Shown: positions 46,800-57,595, counted from the stretch's first letter. The stretch: 64,000 nucleotides of DNA from Opitutia bacterium (GCA_050506795.1 JBJHCF010000007.1:32001-96000); one strand, 5' to 3'. Notes: generated from the sequence alone by a model not told the origin. Translations and numbers: made by a program.

Positions 46800-48149
46800 A
46801 TGAAGATTCTGATCGTCGGCGCCGGAGAGGTGGGTCGTTACCTGTGTGAAATCCTCAGCGAGGAATACCACGACGTCACCGTCATCGAAAACGATCAGGC
46901 GCTGGGCGACCAGGTCGACGAGGAGCTGAACGTTCGGGTGATCAAGGGCAACGGCAGCTCTGCCGAAGTCCTGCGGCAAGCCGGCGCGGATCAGTGCGAT
47001 TATTTTCTGGCAATGACCAGCGACGACAAAACCAATCTCATCTCCTGTTCGCTGGCCAAAGCCCTCGGCGCCGCCACCACCATCGCCCGTATTCACGACC
47101 AGACCTACTCGGACAACTCCATCATCAATTATCAGAGCCACTTCGGAATCGATTACCTGCTCAATCCCGAAGCGCTGGCCGCCGTCGAGCTGGCCAAAAA
47201 AATCCGCAATCCCGGCCGTGTGGCGGTGGAAAATCTGGCCCGCGGTCAGATCGAGGTCCAACAGTTCCGCGTGAAAGCCAAAGCACGGGTCCTGGGCAAA
47301 AAGCTGGCCGAACTCAAACTCGATCCCCGCGTCCGCATCGGATACGTTCAGCGAGGCGACGAACAGCAGGTGGCCAACGCCCAAACCATCCTGGAGGAAA
47401 ACGATTACGTGACCCTCTTCGGCCCCTCCCAAACGCTTTTCGAAATCAAGCCCCTCTTCGACCCGGACTCCGTTTCCGAAACCGTGCGCATCGTCCTTTA
47501 TGGCGGCGGCGAAGCCTCCATCGCCCTGATCCGGCTCCTCACCCATCCCCGCTTCAAGATCCGTATCCTGGAGGAGAACAAAGCGCAGTGCCGGTTCCTG
47601 GCGGAGAAATTCCCCAAAGTCACAGTCATCCAGGGCGACGCCACCTCGCTTCGCCTCCTGGAGGAGGAGCAAATCGGCAGCGCCGACTACTTCATCGCCC
47701 TGACCAAAGAGGACGAAGACAACGTCATGACCTGTCTCCAGGCCTCCAAACTGGGCGCCCAACACACCATGCTCCTGGTTAACCGCGCCGATTACATCGA
47801 AGTCCTGGAGAGACTCAAGGGAACCCTCGGAGTCGAAATGGTGGTTTCACCGCGAATCGCCACCGCCAATGAGGTGCTGCGTTACAGCAGCCGCGAGCCC
47901 TATATCGAACTGGCCAAGCTGGCCAACGATTGCGGGCGCATCGTGGAAATCAAGGTGGGCCCCAAAAGCCCCTGTGTGGGCAAAAAGCTCAGGGAGATTG
48001 AATGGCCCGGAGACTGCGTGATCGTCGCTTTCATTCACAAATCGGAAACCAAAGTGCCCGGAGCCGACGACGCCATCCTGGCCGGCGCCCGCATCGTCGC
48101 CATCGTTCGCAAGGAGAATATCCGCAGCCTGGTCAAGATGCTCAAATAA
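46800..48149 (+). CDS. trkA: Trk potassium uptake NAD-binding subunit
   Basis: Duplicated RCK domains, IVGAGEVG, GDAT. Confidence 0.92.
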   Translation: MKILIVGAGEVGRYLCEILSEEYHDVTVIENDQALGDQVDEELNVRVIKGNGSSAEVLRQAGADQCDYFLAMTSDDKTNLISCSLAKALGAATTIARIHDQTYSDNSIINYQSHFGIDYLLNPEALAAVELAKKIRNPGRVAVENLARGQIEVQQFRVKAKARVLGKKLAELKLDPRVRIGYVQRGDEQQVANAQTILEENDYVTLFGPSQTLFEIKPLFDPDSVSETVRIVLYGGGEASIALIRLLTHPRFKIRILEENKAQCRFLAEKFPKVTVIQGDATSLRLLEEEQIGSADYFIALTKEDEDNVMTCLQASKLGAQHTMLLVNRADYIEVLERLKGTLGVEMVVSPRIATANEVLRYSSREPYIELAKLANDCGRIVEIKVGPKSPCVGKKLREIEWPGDCVIVAFIHKSETKVPGADDAILAGARIVAIVRKENIRSLVKMLK

Positions 48150-48164
48150 GGCCGCCGTCACACC

Positions 48165-49640
48165 ATGAATTACCGTTTCGTCTACCGGCTTCTCAGCTTC
48201 ATCCTCGGCGCCCTGGGGATCGCGTTCCTGGCTTGTCTTGGAGTGGCGTTCCTCCACCGCGGAGAACCCCTGGAGGAAACCGCCATCACCGGTTTCCAGA
48301 TCAGTGCCGTCATCGCTTTCGTCGCCGGAGCCTTGTTCTATCTCGCCAGCCGGGGCGCCCCCAGTCGCATTTTCCGCAAGGAAGCCCTGTGTCTGGTGGG
48401 GATAGGATGGATACTCGCCTCCCTCATCGGCGCCCTGCCATATTATGTCATCCTGGAGGACTGCACCGTCACCGACGCCATTTTCGAATCGACTTCGGGC
48501 ATGACCACCACCGGTGCATCCACCTTCACCAACCTGGAGGAAATGCCACGCAGCCTCCTGTTCTGGCGACAGCTCAGTCAATGGATCGGGGGCATTGGAA
48601 TCGTCGTTTTCTTCGTGGCCATCCTGGGCTACCTCGGAGCGGGTGGGAAAATCCTCTTCAGTAACGAATCCACCGCCAAGACCGCGGACTTCGACCAGGG
48701 GCGGGTGCAGAGCGGAGTCATCCGTCTGTTCCTTTTGTACCTGACCCTTTCCGCAGCCTGCTGTATCTGCCTGCGGGCGGCGGGCATGGACTGGTTCGAC
48801 GCCGTCTGCCACACCTTCAGCACCGTGGCCACCGGCGGGTTCAGCACCCGGTCCGACAGTATCGCCGCCTTCGACTCCGCCGCTATCGAGTGGGTGATGA
48901 TCGTGTTCATGATTCTCGGCAGCGTCAGCTTTTTCTTCTTTCTCACGTTGCTGCGACGCGACTGGAGGCAAGCCATGCGCAATACCGAAGTCTTCGCCTA
49001 CCTGACTATCCTCATGGTTTCCGCCGCCGCTTTGAGCGCAGTGCTCCTAATCGACGGGTCCGAAGAAAACGTTCACGGAACCTTGCGGGCCGCAGCTTTT
49101 CAAGTCGTTTCCATTGCCAGCACCAGCGGGTTCACCACCGCCGACTACAACCAATGGCCGGTTTTCGGACGCGCTTTGTTGCTTGCCCTGATGCTTATCG
49201 GCGGCTGCGCCTCCTCAACCGCCGGCGGCGCCAAAGTCATACGGGTCGTCGTCGCGCTGCGCATTTGTCTAACCAGCGTCGAAAAAGCATTCCGCACCCG
49301 GGTGGTGCGCACGGTCATGGCCAACGGAAAACCGATCGATCAAGGCACCCGCGAGAATATTCTCCTCTATATGACCTTGCTGGTCTTGCTCCTGCTGGGA
49401 GCCATTCCCGTCTTCGCGCTGTTCGAACCCGGCCACACTCTGGAAGGTTGCATCTCCGTGGTCATTTCCTGCCTGTTCAATGTCGGTCCCGGCTTCGCCG
49501 AGATCGGCCCCACCGAAACCTACGGAGAAGTCGGAGGGCCCGCCAAAATCCTGCTGTCGCTCCTCATGATCATGGGCCGTATCGAACTCTTCGCCATCCT
49601 GGTGCTGTTCTCTCCGGCACTGTGGAGGAAACTCTCCTGA
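48165..49640 (+). CDS. trkH: Trk potassium uptake membrane subunit
   Basis: FESTSGMTTTGAS, QWIGGIG, ATGGFS, STAGGAK, NVGPG, GRIE. Confidence 0.92.
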   Translation: MNYRFVYRLLSFILGALGIAFLACLGVAFLHRGEPLEETAITGFQISAVIAFVAGALFYLASRGAPSRIFRKEALCLVGIGWILASLIGALPYYVILEDCTVTDAIFESTSGMTTTGASTFTNLEEMPRSLLFWRQLSQWIGGIGIVVFFVAILGYLGAGGKILFSNESTAKTADFDQGRVQSGVIRLFLLYLTLSAACCICLRAAGMDWFDAVCHTFSTVATGGFSTRSDSIAAFDSAAIEWVMIVFMILGSVSFFFFLTLLRRDWRQAMRNTEVFAYLTILMVSAAALSAVLLIDGSEENVHGTLRAAAFQVVSIASTSGFTTADYNQWPVFGRALLLALMLIGGCASSTAGGAKVIRVVVALRICLTSVEKAFRTRVVRTVMANGKPIDQGTRENILLYMTLLVLLLLGAIPVFALFEPGHTLEGCISVVISCLFNVGPGFAEIGPTETYGEVGGPAKILLSLLMIMGRIELFAILVLFSPALWRKLS

Positions 49641-49786
49641 CGGCGATGCGTTCCCGTCACCGGCGACCGGCGCTGGACCTATAAGACGAATTAAATGCGA
49701 TATATCCCGAACTTAACCGGGTCTTATCGATTAAGCAATTCCTGCGCACCATTGGGCAACCGACGCCAAGCTGGTCAGCTCCAAAA

Positions 49787-52700
49787 ATGGGATCATACGA
49801 CGAAGCAGTCGCCATGATTCATAAACCAGAACTTCCCACGACCCCCGAGCGGGTCACTCTCGACGCCAATGATGCGGTCGCATCGGTCGCCTACCGGCTG
49901 AACGACGCTTTCGCTATTTACCCGATTACGCCTTCGACGCCCATGGCGGAAGCCGCGGATCAATGGACGGCCCAGGACCGTCGCAACATCTGGGGGCAGA
50001 TTCCCCAAGTGGTTGAAATGCAGTCCGAAGGCGGCGCCGCCGGCGCCTTGCACGGTTTGCTTCAATCGGGCGCCCTGGCATCCTCCTTCACCTCTTCCCA
50101 GGGGCTGCTGCTGATGATCCCCAATCTCTACAAGATCGCCGGCGAACTCACTCCTTTCTGTCTGCACGTGGCCGCCCGCAGCCTCGCCACCCACGCCCTG
50201 TCTATCTTCGGCGACCATTCCGACGTCATGGCCTGCCGTCAGACCGGGTTCGCCCTGCTCTCCGCCGGTTCTCCCCAGGAAGCCCAGGACTTCGCCTGCA
50301 TCGCCCAGACAGCCACTCTGAAAAGCCGCGTGCCTTTCCTTCATTTCTTCGACGGTTTCCGCACTTCGCACGAGGTCAACGCGGTGACACCGCTGAGCGA
50401 CGACAACCTGCGCGCCATGATCGACTTTGCCGACGTGCTGGCGCACCGGAGCCGCGCGCTGACGCCGGACCGGCCCGTTTTGCGCGGCACCGCACAAAAC
50501 CCCGATGTCTTTTTCCAGGCACGTGAAGCGGCCAACCTTTACTACGACCAAACCGCGGAAATCGTCCAGCAAACCATGGAACGCTTCTCCGGTCTCACCG
50601 GACGCACCTACCGGCTTTTCGATTATGAGGGCGATCCCGAGGCGGAGAAAGTCGTCATCATCATGGGTTCGGGCGGGGAAACCGTTGCCGAGACCGTGGC
50701 CTGGATGCGAGAAAAGGGCGAGAAGGTCGGCGTCCTGCGGGTCCGCCTGTTCCGGCCGTTCTCGATCGAACATTTCATCCACGCCTTGCCGGAATCCGTC
50801 CGCGCCATCGCCGTGCTCGACCGCACCAAGGAACCGGGAGCGATCGGCGAGCCGCTCTATCAGGATGTGGTCACCGCCCTGCGCGAAGGCGCCGCCGACA
50901 GCCCTCTGGCCAAAGCCACCGTCATCGGCGGCCGGTACGGACTCGGCTCCAAGGAGTTCACTCCGGCCATGGTCAAGGCCGTATTCGACCAACTCGACCA
51001 GGAATCGCCAAAAAACCACTTCTCGTTGGGCATTGTCGACGACGTCACGCATCGGTCACTGCCCTGGGACACCGAACTCGATATCGAATCTCCCGACGTC
51101 AACCGGGCGCTCTTCTACGGACTCGGCTCCGACGGCACCGTGGGCGCCAACAAGAACACGGTGAAGATCATCGGAGAGGAAACCGACAACTACGCCCAGG
51201 GATATTTCGTCTACGACTCGAAAAAGTCGGGCGCAATGACGATTTCCCACCTGAGATTCAGTCCTCGTCCCATCCGCGCGCCGTACCTGATCCGTACGGC
51301 GGACTTCGTCGCCTGTCACCATTTCCCCTTCCTGCGGCAATTCGACATCCTGCAGAGCGCGGCGCCCGGCGCCACCTTCCTGCTCAACGCACCGGGTGAC
51401 CCGGACAAGGTCTGGGACCGGCTGCCCCGGGAGGTCCAGGAATCCATCGTCGAAAAAAAGCTCCGCCTGTACGCCATCGACGCCTACAAGGTTGCGCGCG
51501 AAGCCGGCATGGGCGGCCGCACAAACATCATCATGCAGGTTTGCTTCTTCGCCCTTTCCGGCGTCCTTCCCAGGGAAACCGCGCTGGAGAAGATCAAGGA
51601 GAGCATTGTCAAAACCTACGGATCCAAGGGCCAGAAGGTCGTGGAAAAGAATCTCGTCGCGGTGGATTCCACCCTGGCTTCCCTGCGTGAGATTTCCATT
51701 CCCGACGACCGGATCCAGGGGAAAAAGAGGCCGCCGGCCATTGCCGAGGAAGCACCCGAATTCCTCCAGCGGGTCACCGCGGTTATGATGGCCAACCGCG
51801 GGGACCTCCTCCCGGTAAGCGTATTTCCGGTCGACGGCACCTGGCCGACCGCCACCTCCAAGTGGGAGCGGCGCAACCTGGCGACCCACATCCCGGTGTG
51901 GGATACGGACCTCTGCATCCAGTGCAACAAATGCGTCATGGCCTGCCCCCACGCCACCATCCGGGCCAAGTTCTTTCCGGAGTCCGAACTCGAGGGGGCT
52001 CCGGCCACCTTCAAGTCCACCGCCTTCCGGTCCCGCGACTTCCCCGACCACCTTTACAGTCTCCAGGTGGCGCCCGAAGACTGCACCGGTTGTGAGCTCT
52101 GCGTCCATGTTTGCCCGGCCAAAGACAAGGCCGATCCAAGCCGAAAAGCCATCAACATGGAGCCCCAGCCGGAACTGGTGGCGGCGGAACGTGAAAACTA
52201 CGACTTCTTCCTGCAGATTAAGTCCCCCGACCGCACCAAGGTGCCGGGCGACGTCAAACACAGCCAGTTTCTGGATCCGCTTTTCGAGTACTCCGGCGCC
52301 TGCGCCGGTTGCGGCGAAACACCCTACATCAAGCTGCTCACCCAGCTCTTCGGCGACCGCTCGGTCATCACCAACGCCACAGGCTGCTCCTCGATTTACG
52401 GCGGCAATCTTCCGACCACACCTTACACGGTCGATGGCGCCGGTCGCGGTCCGGCCTGGTCCAATTCCCTCTTCGAGGACAATGCCGAATTCGGCCTCGG
52501 TATAAGGGTGGGCATCGATCAAAGAGTTGCCGAGATCCGCGACTTGTTACCGGATGTGGCCTCAGCCTTGGGAGACGACCTGGTAAAGGCGCTCCTCGAT
52601 GCCGACCAAAGCACCGAAAGCGGCATCGCCAACCAGCGCGAACGGGTTGCCCAGGCCCGGGAACGGCTACGCGGAATCCCCGATGAAAAACGCGGTCGCA

Positions 52701-53422
52701 TCGATCCGCTGCTGGACTACCTGGTGCGGAAAAACGTCTGGATTCTCGGCGGCGACGGATGGGCTTACGATATCGGCTACGGCGGACTCGACCACGTGTT
52801 GTCCACCGGCCGCGACGTCAATATCCTGGTGATGGATACCGAGGTTTACTCCAACACCGGAGGCCAATGCTCCAAGTCCACCCCCATGGGCGCGGCCGCC
52901 AAGTTCTTCGTCAAGGGCAAACCGCTGCCCAAAAAGGATCTCGGACTCATCGCCATGACATACGGCTCGGTCTACGTCGCCCGCATCGCCATGGGGGCCA
53001 AAGACAGTCAGACCTTGCAGGCCTTGAAGGAGGCCGAATCCTTCCCGGGCCCGTCCCTGATTATCGCCTACAGTCACTGTATCGCCCACGGGTACAGCCT
53101 GTTCAATGGCATGGAACAGCAAAAACTCGCGGTCCAATCTGGCGCCTGGCCGATCTTCCGGTACGACCCGCGCCGGAGCGATGCCGGACGGCACCCGCTC
53201 CAGCTCGACTCGCGCGCTCCGTCGATTCCGTTGACCGACTACACCGGGAACGAACTTCGATTCCGGGCCGCCGGCCGGAGCGATCCGGAACGGGCCGAAC
53301 GGATGACCCAGGCGGCGCAGGCGCACGTCAAAGCGCACTTCCGCCTCTACGAACAGCTGGCTGAATCCTCCTTCGGCATAATCCAGGAAAACCAGGGGAA
53401 TGGTCAGGGCAAAACCACCTGA
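49787..53422 (+). CDS. nifJ: Pyruvate:ferredoxin (flavodoxin) oxidoreductase
   Basis: YPITPST, MQSEGGAAG, GSDGTVG, two ferredoxin CxxCxxC motifs, ACAGCGETPY, GGDGWAYDIG; start may be 49814. Confidence 0.95.
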   Translation: MGSYDEAVAMIHKPELPTTPERVTLDANDAVASVAYRLNDAFAIYPITPSTPMAEAADQWTAQDRRNIWGQIPQVVEMQSEGGAAGALHGLLQSGALASSFTSSQGLLLMIPNLYKIAGELTPFCLHVAARSLATHALSIFGDHSDVMACRQTGFALLSAGSPQEAQDFACIAQTATLKSRVPFLHFFDGFRTSHEVNAVTPLSDDNLRAMIDFADVLAHRSRALTPDRPVLRGTAQNPDVFFQAREAANLYYDQTAEIVQQTMERFSGLTGRTYRLFDYEGDPEAEKVVIIMGSGGETVAETVAWMREKGEKVGVLRVRLFRPFSIEHFIHALPESVRAIAVLDRTKEPGAIGEPLYQDVVTALREGAADSPLAKATVIGGRYGLGSKEFTPAMVKAVFDQLDQESPKNHFSLGIVDDVTHRSLPWDTELDIESPDVNRALFYGLGSDGTVGANKNTVKIIGEETDNYAQGYFVYDSKKSGAMTISHLRFSPRPIRAPYLIRTADFVACHHFPFLRQFDILQSAAPGATFLLNAPGDPDKVWDRLPREVQESIVEKKLRLYAIDAYKVAREAGMGGRTNIIMQVCFFALSGVLPRETALEKIKESIVKTYGSKGQKVVEKNLVAVDSTLASLREISIPDDRIQGKKRPPAIAEEAPEFLQRVTAVMMANRGDLLPVSVFPVDGTWPTATSKWERRNLATHIPVWDTDLCIQCNKCVMACPHATIRAKFFPESELEGAPATFKSTAFRSRDFPDHLYSLQVAPEDCTGCELCVHVCPAKDKADPSRKAINMEPQPELVAAERENYDFFLQIKSPDRTKVPGDVKHSQFLDPLFEYSGACAGCGETPYIKLLTQLFGDRSVITNATGCSSIYGGNLPTTPYTVDGAGRGPAWSNSLFEDNAEFGLGIRVGIDQRVAEIRDLLPDVASALGDDLVKALLDADQSTESGIANQRERVAQARERLRGIPDEKRGRIDPLLDYLVRKNVWILGGDGWAYDIGYGGLDHVLSTGRDVNILVMDTEVYSNTGGQCSKSTPMGAAAKFFVKGKPLPKKDLGLIAMTYGSVYVARIAMGAKDSQTLQALKEAESFPGPSLIIAYSHCIAHGYSLFNGMEQQKLAVQSGAWPIFRYDPRRSDAGRHPLQLDSRAPSIPLTDYTGNELRFRAAGRSDPERAERMTQAAQAHVKAHFRLYEQLAESSFGIIQENQGNGQGKTT

Positions 53423-53477
53423 TCGCGCCCGCACGAACGAACCAATAACTGAAATCAACCAAAAAAATCTTCGGAAA

Positions 53478-54470
53478 ATGAATCTTGAAACCGACTATCT
53501 CGGACTGAAACTGGCCCACCCGATTCTTCCCGGCGCCTCACCCCTGGTGGATAAAATCGACCGGGTGCGCCGTCTGGAAGATGCCGGAGCCCCGGCCATT
53601 GTCATGCACTCGCTCTTCGAGGAGCAGATCGAGTTCGACCAGAACGCTCGCCATTTCCACCGCGACCGTCACGAGGAATCGTTCGGTGAGGCGACGTCCT
53701 ACTTTCCGGACGACGACGAATTCGCCCTCGGTCCCGATGAATATCTCAAACAGATAGAACGGATCCGCGACGCCGTCTCGGTGCCGGTGATCGGTTCCCT
53801 CAACGGGGTACGCCTCGGCGGTTGGGTGGATTACGCCAACATGATTCAGAAGGCCGGCGCCGCCGCCCTGGAATTGAACATGTACTTTCTTCCGACCGAC
53901 CCGTCCGAGTCGGCGGCGGATATCGAACGTCGCATGCTGGAGATCGTGCGAGCGGTGAAAGGCAATATCGACATTCCCCTGGCGGTAAAACTCTCGCCCT
54001 TTTTCTCGTCATTGCCCCACTTCGTTCAGGAACTGGAGGTCATCGGTGTGGACGGGATCGTTCTCTTCAACCGATTCTACCAACCCGACATCGACATCAA
54101 CAGCCTGGAAGTCACTCCCAGCCTGGAACTGTCCCACTCCTCCGAATTGCGGCAGCGCCTGCGATGGCTGGCCATCCTCTTCGGACAAACCAAAGCCACG
54201 TTGATCGCCAGCGGCGGGGTCCACAAAACCCAGGACGTTATCAAAGCCATCATGGCCGGCGCCGGCGGGGTGCAGGTGGTCTCGTCCCTGCTGAAATTCG
54301 GTCCGGAACACTTGCAGACCCTGATCAAGGGATTCACCTCCTGGATGGAGCAACGGGAATACGACTCCCTCCAGCGCCTGCGCGGCAGCATGAGCCTTCA
54401 TCGCGCGCCCAACCCCGAAGCCCTGGAGCGGGCCAATTACCTGCGCATGCTGCAGGTCTGGAGAACCTAG
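53478..54470 (+). CDS. Dihydroorotate dehydrogenase-like protein (nifJ-associated type)
   Basis: YLGLKL, SLFEEQI, VIGSLNG, VKLSPFF, FNRFYQPDID, ERANY. Confidence 0.88.
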   Translation: MNLETDYLGLKLAHPILPGASPLVDKIDRVRRLEDAGAPAIVMHSLFEEQIEFDQNARHFHRDRHEESFGEATSYFPDDDEFALGPDEYLKQIERIRDAVSVPVIGSLNGVRLGGWVDYANMIQKAGAAALELNMYFLPTDPSESAADIERRMLEIVRAVKGNIDIPLAVKLSPFFSSLPHFVQELEVIGVDGIVLFNRFYQPDIDINSLEVTPSLELSHSSELRQRLRWLAILFGQTKATLIASGGVHKTQDVIKAIMAGAGGVQVVSSLLKFGPEHLQTLIKGFTSWMEQREYDSLQRLRGSMSLHRAPNPEALERANYLRMLQVWRT

Positions 54471-54619
54471 CAACTTCCCATCAGGACCTACCATCCAACG
54501 ACCGGACTTCCCGCGCGCGGCATGCCGGGAGGTCCGGTTCGCTTTGAATTTCTCTTACCCCCGTCCTTTTTCATTGATTCCCAGTCCTGCGATGGTTACA
54601 CAAAATCAAACCGCGCAGC

Positions 54620-55270
54620 ATGCTTTCACCCGAAAACAAAAAACGGTACATCCTGCAAATCCTCGCCGGAGAACGGTCTCAGAGCGACGTGGCCCGGGCC
54701 ACCGGTTTCTCGCGGCAAGCGGTCTCCCAGTGGATCAAGCAGTACCGGTCCGAAGGTGAGGGAGGCATCCGCAAACGGCGCGGACGCCCCAAAATACGAC
54801 GCTTGCCGGAAAACGATTCCGAACGCCTCAAAGCTATCGTCACCTCCCAAACCCCCGCCGAAACCGGACTCGATAAAGCCTTCTCCGAATGGTCCTACGA
54901 AGCGGTAAGACGCCTGATCATTCGCGAAACCGGGGTCAAACTGACCTACCGGTTTGTGGCCGAGTACCTCGAAGAATGGGGAATGGACCACCCGATGGCC
55001 GGGAAGATTCCGGCTCAGTCACGAATCCGTCCGACGGACAAACCCGTTTCGTCACCACCCCCGAAAGTCGATTCCTCCCCACGAGTCGCGGAAGAGGACG
55101 AGGAATCCTTCTCCCTGGCCGAGTACGAATCGGGCATCGCAGAGGCCCGAAAAAATCTCACCTCCCGCGTCTTCCCGGCTCACGGCCACCGCACCGGACG
55201 CCACGCGCGGCAGCGCTCCGCCCCCACCCGAAAGAAGCGCAAAGGAAAATCAAATCGTAAACGGCGTTGA
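54620..55270 (+). CDS. IS630-type HTH / winged-HTH protein lacking the DDE domain
   Basis: QSDVARATGFSRQAVSQW, RGRP, TPxxxG...W...V..LI...GV...YL..WG, then Pro/acidic linker and basic tail. Confidence 0.7.
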   Translation: MLSPENKKRYILQILAGERSQSDVARATGFSRQAVSQWIKQYRSEGEGGIRKRRGRPKIRRLPENDSERLKAIVTSQTPAETGLDKAFSEWSYEAVRRLIIRETGVKLTYRFVAEYLEEWGMDHPMAGKIPAQSRIRPTDKPVSSPPPKVDSSPRVAEEDEESFSLAEYESGIAEARKNLTSRVFPAHGHRTGRHARQRSAPTRKKRKGKSNRKRR

Positions 55271-55289
55271 TGGGCCCCATTCCCCCAAT

Positions 55290-55655
55290 CTATTCCGGCC
55301 GCAGCACTCCGGCTTCTTCCCGGTGACGCGCCAGAAGGCTTCGACAGACCAATTCGCAAAGTTCAAAGACGCTGGGGTCTAAAATCCGATAATACACGAA
55401 ATTCCCCTCTTTTCTCCGCGCCAGCAGCCCCGCCTGCACCAGTCCCTGCAGGTGACGCGAAGTGTTGGCCTGGTTCAAACCGCTTTCCGCCACCAAGGTT
55501 CCAACCGACTTCTCGCCTTCCATCAGGCACTGCACCAACCGCAGGCGCGCGGGTTCGCCCAATACCTTGAACCGCTCCGCCACCCGCTCCAGGAACCCGG
55601 ACGGTAACGGCGCACTTTCCTTACGATCGCTTAGTGGCATGAGCTCGGTATCCAT
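55290..55655 (-). CDS. ArsR/SmtB family transcriptional regulator
   Basis: FKVLGEPARLRL, QANTSRHL, RKEGNFVYY, LCELVC. Confidence 0.88.
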   Translation of the reverse strand: MDTELMPLSDRKESAPLPSGFLERVAERFKVLGEPARLRLVQCLMEGEKSVGTLVAESGLNQANTSRHLQGLVQAGLLARRKEGNFVYYRILDPSVFELCELVCRSLLARHREEAGVLRPE

Positions 55656-55706
55656 AAAACAGTATATGAGCATTCAGGAATTTTTCAATTTGGCAAGCCT
55701 TCCAAT

Positions 55707-57455
55707 TCAACTGACGACCTTAAACCCGCGAAGGCGGTTCAGTGCCGCGGCGATTTCATATCGCCTCGGTCGAGCCAAATTGCCGGGGTGCGCCTCGGGT
55801 CCGAAACGGGTCAGCCCGTCAACGGTTCGCTCCTCCAGCAGATCCTCCAGCCGGTCGAGCAGGCGCGGCAAATCGGGTCGATCCTCCGACAGCTCCCGCG
55901 CGGCCAGATGCAGGGCATGACCGATCGCCCGGAGCTGGCTCGGATCGGCCACCTGCTCGACGGCCCGCATGTCGATGGTGTCGCCGCCGAAGCGAATGCC
56001 GTCCACCCCTTCCGCGTCAATTTTGACCTTGCCGCGGCCCTTCAGGGGATTGATGGATCGCGGGTCGGGAACCCGCCCCCGCGGCAACCGAAAGGGTTCC
56101 GGCGCCCCGTAACCGCGCCGGCTGGGCAAGGCGCGCGCAATCTCTCTGGCCTCCCCGGTCACTTCCTCCGGCCGGTAATCGCGCATGCGTATCACGGTAT
56201 CGGCTACTTCGAAATAGTCCCCGCACCCCCCCATCACCAGGATGACCGACACGCCTTCCCGTTCGTACAGTTCCCGAATCCGGTCCAGGAGCGGGGTGAT
56301 CGGCTCGCTTTCCCGGTTGACCAGACGCTGCATGCGGGCGTCGCGCAACATCAGGTTGGTGGCCGCCGTGTCCTCATCCACCAGCAGCAATCGGGATCCC
56401 GCTTCGAGGGCTTCCAGGATCGCCGCCGCCTGGCTGGTGCTGCCGGACGCCTCGTCGGTGGAAAAATCCACCGTCGACCGGCCGTTGGGCAATTCCCCGA
56501 TCAACGACGAGAGGTCCACCTTTTCGATTCGCCTCCGGTCCTCCGCACGGATCTTTACCGCGTCGCCGCGAGCCACCACGTACTCCCGCCCGTCTCCGGG
56601 AATGTGCGGAAACACTCCAAATTCAATAGCCCGCAACAGAGTCGATTTCCCGTGATACCCCCCGCCCACAATGAGAGTCACCCCTTCCGGGATTCCCATA
56701 CCGGTGATCATTCCGTCCTCGCCCGTGTATCGGGAATCCGGATTCGGCAATTCGAATTGAACACGCATCGATTCCGGCGAACGAAACCCGACCGCTTCCT
56801 CCGCCGCCATCGGCCGGTCGCTCACCCCGCTGGCCCGCGGCAGCACGGAGCCGTCGGCCACGAAGGCCGTCAGACCGCGTCTCGCCAGTTCCCCGCGAAT
56901 ACATTCCTGATTCTCGACGCAATAAACAAACGCGGCGCCTTCCTCAGCAAAATCCGGCCGCCAAACCAACGCCTCCCGTACCGCATCCAACAGGTCCCGG
57001 GTCAGCATCGTTTCCGCCTCGCGGCCGAGGATTCGCCGCCCGGCAGCGGGCAGCCCGACCTCCACACGGGCCTCCACCCAATCGGAACACACCCGCACCG
57101 CCGCGCGCTCCAGCACTTCCTGACGTCCGGCGTCGACCTGCATCAGCCCGCTCTTGCCGATGCCACGATTCCCGCCACCGCAACGCCGCAACGCCGAACG
57201 GGCGCGCCGCGCGAGAAAATCCTCCAACGCGACGCGCCTGACCCGCGACGCGAACAGCTCCGGCGGCAGGGTCGCCGTCTCCGCCCCCAATCGAACGCGC
57301 ATCTTGGACGGCGAAGCAAAGGGATCGCCCTGCACGTAATCCACAAAGAGTTCGCCGCCCTCAAACACGTAACGCCCTTGAAGGTCTTTGTAAGCCTTGT
57401 AACCGCGCCCGTCGATACGGCGCAACGTCGTTGCCAATTGCTGAAGATCGCTCAT
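55707..57455 (-). CDS. ABC-class ATPase domain protein (COG3044-like)
   Basis: GYKAYKDL, VQGDPFA, Walker A GGGYHGKST, ASGSTSQA, DEDTAATN, AAALNRLR. Confidence 0.85.
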   Translation of the reverse strand: MSDLQQLATTLRRIDGRGYKAYKDLQGRYVFEGGELFVDYVQGDPFASPSKMRVRLGAETATLPPELFASRVRRVALEDFLARRARSALRRCGGGNRGIGKSGLMQVDAGRQEVLERAAVRVCSDWVEARVEVGLPAAGRRILGREAETMLTRDLLDAVREALVWRPDFAEEGAAFVYCVENQECIRGELARRGLTAFVADGSVLPRASGVSDRPMAAEEAVGFRSPESMRVQFELPNPDSRYTGEDGMITGMGIPEGVTLIVGGGYHGKSTLLRAIEFGVFPHIPGDGREYVVARGDAVKIRAEDRRRIEKVDLSSLIGELPNGRSTVDFSTDEASGSTSQAAAILEALEAGSRLLLVDEDTAATNLMLRDARMQRLVNRESEPITPLLDRIRELYEREGVSVILVMGGCGDYFEVADTVIRMRDYRPEEVTGEAREIARALPSRRGYGAPEPFRLPRGRVPDPRSINPLKGRGKVKIDAEGVDGIRFGGDTIDMRAVEQVADPSQLRAIGHALHLAARELSEDRPDLPRLLDRLEDLLEERTVDGLTRFGPEAHPGNLARPRRYEIAAALNRLRGFKVVS

Positions 57456-57525
57456 GAAGAGCCCCACTGTCACGCGACCCCCGGCCCGCTGTCAATTTCC
57501 CGACCCGCAAGCGCCCCCCCCCATG

Positions 57526-57595
57526 GCCTTTTCATTCGACGGCTGTCAGCCGCATGAAAAGGCATTTGAAATCGAAAATTTGAGATTTGAAATAA
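57526..57595. repeat. Dispersed hairpin + ATTTGAR heptamer repeat, copy 2
   Basis: gccttttcat/atgaaaaggc stem then atttgaaatcgaaaatttgagatttgaaat; matches 6091-6160. Confidence 0.7.

Noticed and set aside
54560..55290. Active IS630 insertion sequence
   Set aside because: No DDE catalytic region, no frameshifted second ORF and no terminal inverted repeats seen.
55788..57557. 589-aa ORF antisense to the COG3044 ATPase (likewise 41966-43348, 49793-51052, 51056-52522, 60139-61461)
   Set aside because: Typical high-GC antisense open frames mirroring real genes; no domain signatures.
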